A DNA stretch of 39,221 bases, from assembly GCA_050945695.1 (NCBI GenBank), contig JBMNTK010000004.1, positions 1 through 39,221 of the forward strand, read 5' to 3'. Below are positions 35,537 to 39,221 of the stretch, piece by piece. The position numbers were made by a program, and so were the translations under genes. The notes below the pieces were generated by a model. It saw only the letters and a list, made by a program, of their open reading frames with translations. It was not told where the DNA came from and made no database searches. Origin of the DNA: Anaerolineae bacterium (lineage in GTDB: Bacteria; Chloroflexota; Anaerolineae; DRVO01). Each line of letters opens with the position of its first letter. The first letter of the stretch is position 1.

Positions 35537-35591
35537 AACATAGCACGCCGATGTCGCCGATTCGTGACTGTGGTGTAACAGCTAGGTTACA
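35537..35591 (-). promoter_or_regulatory. OmpR/PhoB-type tandem direct repeats plus extended -10 promoter
   Basis: Minus strand TGTAACC-N4-TGTTACA-N4-AGTCACG (35591-35563, 11-bp period), then TGcTATGTT (35545-35537). Confidence 0.6.
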
Positions 35592-35615
35592 GACGCAACG
35601 AGCCGGAATCGAGAG

Positions 35616-36527
35616 TCACTCCCTGAGCAGCCGCACGTTCACCGCTGTGCCCTCGCCCGGCCGACTGCTCACCGAGAGGTCACCGCCGTGGCGGGCCACG
35701 ATCGCCCGAGCCAGGGCTAGCCCCAGCCCGCTTCCCTCTGTGCCCCGGGCGTTGGCGCCCCGGAACAACTCCTCGCCCAGATGGGGCAGCTCGTCAGGAG
35801 CGATTCCGGGTCCGGTGTCGGCCACGGTGAGGATCACCCAGTGGCCATCCTCCAGCCCACGCACCTCCACCGTATCCCCAGGACGGGAGAACTTCAGGGC
35901 GTTGTCCACCAGGTTGAAGAATGCCAGGAAGAGCAGATCACGGTCTCCCGGGACGCTCGGTAGCGGCCAGGGGGCCTCCGGCAGGCTCAGGCGTACCCGC
36001 CGCTCGTCTGCCCCCGGCCGAGCGGAGGCATCCTCGATGACCTGGGAGAGGAGCTCAGTCAGATCCACCGGCTCCCGCTCTAGGACCACGCTCTCCAGAT
36101 CAGCCAGCTTGCGCAGGTCTCCGCCCAAGCGGGCGAGACGGTCCACCTGGGAGTGCACCGCCGTCAGGGCCGAGGGTGGCTGTGGCGGGCCTCCCTCGGA
36201 TGCTAGCGCGAGGTTGGCCAGCGCGGCGCGAATGGCCGTGACCGGGTTCTTGAGCTCGTGTTCCAGCCGGCGCACGAAGCGACGGTGAGCATCAGCCTGT
36301 TCCTGGGCAAGCTGCTCCAGCCTCTGAGACCACCTCTTACTGGTGGCGTTGACCAGGAGGTAGCCAGAACCCCAGAGCAGGCTGCCCAGCACCCCTACCA
36401 GAAGCAGGGTCGTGGCCAGGTCGGCCTGGACGAAGAGCACTGGGTTAGGCAAGGGCGCCTGCTTCCAGACCAGGAAGGCCACGGCTCCCGCCGCCAGCGG
36501 CAGCAAGGGACGAATGCCGGATCTCAC
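35616..36527 (-). CDS. Sensor histidine kinase with two TMs and a very short extracellular loop
   Basis: H-box LEHELKNP, N-box NLVDNALKF, G1 DTGPGI, G2 GSGLGL. Confidence 0.93.
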   Translation of the reverse strand: MRSGIRPLLPLAAGAVAFLVWKQAPLPNPVLFVQADLATTLLLVGVLGSLLWGSGYLLVNATSKRWSQRLEQLAQEQADAHRRFVRRLEHELKNPVTAIRAALANLALASEGGPPQPPSALTAVHSQVDRLARLGGDLRKLADLESVVLEREPVDLTELLSQVIEDASARPGADERRVRLSLPEAPWPLPSVPGDRDLLFLAFFNLVDNALKFSRPGDTVEVRGLEDGHWVILTVADTGPGIAPDELPHLGEELFRGANARGTEGSGLGLALARAIVARHGGDLSVSSRPGEGTAVNVRLLRE

Positions 36528-37240
36528 TCGCCGCGCTCCACTCGGCCCACAAACCGGTACCCCTCGCCCACCACGGTCTCGATCACCTCCGCCTCATCTC
36601 CCATCACCCGCCGGAGTTCGGCCACCCGAGCATCCACAGCCCGCGTGCCCGCCGGGTAGTCCCAGCCCCAGACGGCATCCAGCAGCCGATCCCGGGTCAG
36701 GAGTTCGTCGGAATGTAGCATCATGTATTCCAGAAGGGCCAGAGCCCGAGCGGTGATCGGCCGCTCGCGGCCGGAGACGATCAGCCGGCGGGCTCGGCGG
36801 TCAAGGGTTATCGGGCCACAGCGGAGAGCCTCTGCGGCAGCGATGGGCTGGGTCTGGAGCCGGCTGCGACGGATGACCGCCCGGATGCGGGCCACCAGCT
36901 CGAAGGGTTCGAAGGGCTTGTTGAGGTAGTCGTCGGCCCCCTCATCCAGGGCCATGGCCCTCTCCGCCGCCGTTCCCACCCGGGTGAGTAGGATCACGGG
37001 GGTCCAGTTCCCGGCACGGCGAAGCCGGCGCAACGCCTCCCGCCCGTCCATGCGGGGCATGAGGACATCGAGGACGATGACGTCGGGCGCGAAGCTCTCT
37101 GCCAGGCGCAGAGCCTCCTGGCCATCGCTGGCCACCGCAGTCTGGAAGCCGGCCCTCTCCAGGAGTTGGCTCAGCTCAGAGGTGATGGCCGGCTCATCGT
37201 CGGCCAGGAGCACCTTGGGACGGGGGTCGGTGTCGGACAT
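36524..37240 (-). CDS. OmpR-family response regulator
   Basis: ATG 37240; LLADDE, LDVLMP (phospho-Asp), GADDYLNKPF; wHTH VWG...TRAVDARVAELRR...IETVVGEGY. Confidence 0.94.
   Translation of the reverse strand: MSDTDPRPKVLLADDEPAITSELSQLLERAGFQTAVASDGQEALRLAESFAPDVIVLDVLMPRMDGREALRRLRRAGNWTPVILLTRVGTAAERAMALDEGADDYLNKPFEPFELVARIRAVIRRSRLQTQPIAAAEALRCGPITLDRRARRLIVSGRERPITARALALLEYMMLHSDELLTRDRLLDAVWGWDYPAGTRAVDARVAELRRVMGDEAEVIETVVGEGYRFVGRVERGE
37201..37231 (+). repeat. 31-bp exact direct repeat, copy 1 (in the 5' end of the response-regulator gene)
   Basis: CGGCCAGGAGCACCTTGGGACGGGGGTCGGT, identical to 38206-38236. Confidence 0.95.
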
Positions 37241-37387
37241 GTGATCGCTCACTGCGGCATCTTGAGGAAGTCGGTGAACCGATGAAGCGGATAGGCCGCG
37301 GGGCCGGAGTGCAGGCGTTTGCGGCGCGAGCGAGCTAACGCCGCCGCATGTCATTGGGTAGATGCGTTAGCCTGAGCCCAGATAACA

Positions 37388-37865
37388 CTATCTAGGCTCG
37401 TTGTCGGTGACCCAGTCGGAGTGCAAGAGCACCTCGATCCCTTCCGCTCGCTTCAGCCTGGCATCATTGGTGAGGAACGCCCGGGCTCCGTGGGCGATTG
37501 CCGAGGCCAGGTGAATGGCATCGGGAGTCGGTAGACCGCAGGTAGCGCGCAGTCCTGCCATTCGTTCTACCACGTCCACGTCTATGCTGTACATGTTCAG
37601 ATTGGGGAAGCGGAGGAACACATCACGGTAGCGGAGCGCGAGAGCATCGCTTCCAGCCCTCTTTGCCCCAGTCAAAGCCTCCCCCAATGCCAGAACAGAC
37701 ACACAACCCCGGCAGACACCCAACTGGATGGCACGAAACACGGCCTGGGCGACCGACCGGGCCAAGCTGCGGATGGCGCTCGAAGGCATAGATGAAGACC
37801 ATGGTATCCAGCCCAACCAGGCCGGCTTCAGCAAGAGCTTCCTGCAGGGCAGCTAGTCCTCCCAA
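37388..37865 (-). pseudogene. vapC: VapC (PIN) toxin, frameshifted by a 4-bp tandem duplication
   Basis: TTG 37865: LGGLAALQEALAEAGLVGLDTMVFIYAFERHPQLGPV; GACCGACC at 37751-37758 shifts the frame; continues AQAVF...SVLALGEAL...PDAIHLASA...FLTNDARL. Removing 4 bp gives 157 aa. Confidence 0.88.
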
Positions 37866-38098
37866 GAGGCCCGTTCCTCCGCTAGAGCCCTCTCGCCACC
37901 GCCCAGCTTCGCCCAAGCTTCCTCTCCCAGGCCGTAGATGTACTCGGCCCAGTCTTCAGGCTCAGCTATGAGACGCACCTCCCCACCGCTGACCAGTACC
38001 ACGACTCTCTCACCGGGCTTGATGCCTAACGCTTCACGCGCAGCTCTGGGTAATGCGATCTGGTTGCGCTCGTCAAGTCTGACTACTATGGCCTCCAC
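37853..38098 (-). CDS. vapB: AbrB/MazE/SpoVT-family antitoxin
   Basis: GTG 38098 after GGAGG; RLDERNQIALPRAAREALGIKPGE; C-terminal EERASWE; overlaps the vapC start. Confidence 0.88.
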   Translation of the reverse strand: MEAIVVRLDERNQIALPRAAREALGIKPGERVVVLVSGGEVRLIAEPEDWAEYIYGLGEEAWAKLGGGERALAEERASWED

Positions 38099-38146
38099 GA
38101 ATGCCTCCAGCCCTCACACAACCCTACACCCTCGTCGCTGAGTGTG

Positions 38147-38155
38147 ATTGTATCA
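38147..38155 (-). promoter_or_regulatory. Extended -10 promoter for the AbrB-vapC module
   Basis: TGaTACAAT on the minus strand about 50 bp upstream of the start. Confidence 0.5.
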
Positions 38156-38205
38156 GCGCAGAGAACACCCAGCGAGGATCTGGTCGGTCACACATCCCCA
38201 TGCCC

Positions 38206-38236
38206 CGGCCAGGAGCACCTTGGGACGGGGGTCGGT
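38206..38236 (+). repeat. 31-bp exact direct repeat, copy 2 (orphan 5' end of the response-regulator gene)
   Basis: Identical to 37201-37231; on the minus strand preceded by GGAGG-N8-TTG (38239) reading LTDPRPKVLLA. Confidence 0.95.
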
Positions 38237-38264
38237 CAACTAGCAGTCCTCCGGTCGGGCGGGC

Positions 38265-38663
38265 CTAGCCCAGCCAGTCCTCCAAGATGAGGCCTGCGGA
38301 CTCGGCCAGCCGAGAGAAGTGCTTGGTATTGTGCGTGACCAGCGAGGCTCCACGAGTCATGACGATGCTGGCTATCTGCAAGTCCAAGTCCCCGGTCGTC
38401 TGGCCTTCGCGCTCAAGCTGGGCCTTCAACTGCCCATAGCGGCGGGCCGCCAACTCGTCATATGGCAGGATCACCAACGCGGCAAGGAGCACGTCCAGGC
38501 GGGCCAGGTTCTCCTGGGCACGTCGCGACTTGGCCGCGCCATGCGCCAGCTCCCCAACCGAGATGGCGGTAACCGCCAACTGCTCGTCTGCAGTCACCCG
38601 GCCGGTCAGGTCGAGCTCTGAGCGCAGAATGGCGACGCAGTGGTCGCTGTCCAGCACCCTCAT
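38265..38663 (-). CDS. vapC: VapC (PIN domain) toxin
   Basis: ATG 38663 overlaps the antitoxin stop; VLDSD, SVGELAHG, GDLDLQIAS, LVTHNTKHF, LEDW. Confidence 0.92.
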   Translation of the reverse strand: MRVLDSDHCVAILRSELDLTGRVTADEQLAVTAISVGELAHGAAKSRRAQENLARLDVLLAALVILPYDELAARRYGQLKAQLEREGQTTGDLDLQIASIVMTRGASLVTHNTKHFSRLAESAGLILEDWLG

Positions 38664-39004
38664 AGATCGGCAGGAGGGCGGCTGCTTGGCCGGCAACGTT
38701 CGGCCTCGATCTCCTCGGCCAGGTCCTCCAGGTCTCCCTCGTGCCGCCAAAGGCCGAAGGCAGCCATGGCCGGGTGCAACTCGCCTCGCTCGATCCTCTC
38801 TAGCAGGGCTTCCTCCTGCCCTAGGGCGAGGGCCAGTTGGCGAGCAGCCCGTGAGGACCGCTCCAGACGAGCCAACTCCTCTACGCCTATCAAAGCCGCG
38901 ACGGGCCGTTCCCGGCGCTGGATAACGAAGCGCTCACCAGACGCCGCCCGGCTGATCAGCTCCGAGAAGCGGGCCTTCGCCTCAGCCACATTGATGGTCC
39001 CCAT
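38660..39004 (-). CDS. vapB: Phd/YefM-family antitoxin
   Basis: INVAEAKARFSELISRAASGERFVIQRRERPVAALI; GAGGTG SD. Confidence 0.92.
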   Translation of the reverse strand: MGTINVAEAKARFSELISRAASGERFVIQRRERPVAALIGVEELARLERSSRAARQLALALGQEEALLERIERGELHPAMAAFGLWRHEGDLEDLAEEIEAERCRPSSRPPADL

Positions 39005-39020
39005 ATCACCTCGCGGTTGT

Positions 39021-39053
39021 GGTCATTATGACCCATTCGCTAGAAGTGTAGCA
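39021..39053 (-). promoter_or_regulatory. Promoter and palindromic operator of phd-vapC
   Basis: Extended -10 TGcTACACT (39053-39045) followed by the palindrome GGTCAT-N-ATGACC (39021-39033). Confidence 0.6.
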
Positions 39054-39221
39054 TGGGCGCGGTCGGCACGCATCCCGATCAGGGCTAGGAAGGCTGCGGG
39101 TGCTCCTGAGGGCACCAGGAAGCCCTCGACTCAAGTCGGGGCTGCTGGGCCTGACGGCCGGGCGTCCAGGTTTCACAGCAGAGCTGTGAACGTGGTCACG
39201 GCTGCGCCGTGACCGTCCTGC

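Noticed and set aside
35440-39212. ORFs 35440..36288 (+) and 38640..39212 (+), and the extended N-termini of the track ORFs for the regulator and vapC
   Set aside because: Antisense shadows or upstream extensions; better starts are supported by SD sites, stop overlaps and domain boundaries.
39194-39214. Hairpin GGTCACGGC-TGC-GCCGTGACC at the window end
   Set aside because: Context truncated; cannot assign as terminator or repeat.

Overview
High-GC bacterial chromosomal window, probably Chloroflexota/Anaerolineae (inferred from a C-terminal YLPLV motif and P/T-rich lipoproteins; not database-checked). Left part (1-13 kb): partial ABC ATPase, a methyltransferase mini-operon, a GTAG-type REP cluster, fabH, and a GntR-tdh-kbl threonine catabolism locus. 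That locus is split by a hicBA module with a frameshifted toxin and followed by an MNT-HEPN pair, an Asp-box lipoprotein and a GH116 glycosidase. Centre (13.1-32.3 kb): a ~19 kb surface-glycosylation locus. Its core is a tightly coupled 13-gene minus-strand operon encoding four cobalamin-dependent radical SAM enzymes (two alternating paralog pairs), one SPASM/twitch radical SAM enzyme, two SAM methyltransferases (one NPPF-type), a Pol-beta-type nucleotidyltransferase, a 57-aa YLPLV micro-protein, two GT-C transferases (ArnT/PMT-like and DUF2723/TMEM260-like), a GT4 and an O-antigen-ligase-like protein; two more ligase-like genes and another GT4 flank it. I recognise no characterised pathway with this content, and it is the main candidate novel system. 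Right part: a TolB-like double-propeller lipoprotein preceded by OmpR-type direct repeats, a two-component system, and two vapBC modules. One module lies between exact 31-bp direct repeats copied from the 5' end of the response-regulator gene. No rRNA, tRNA, CRISPR array or transposase seen.
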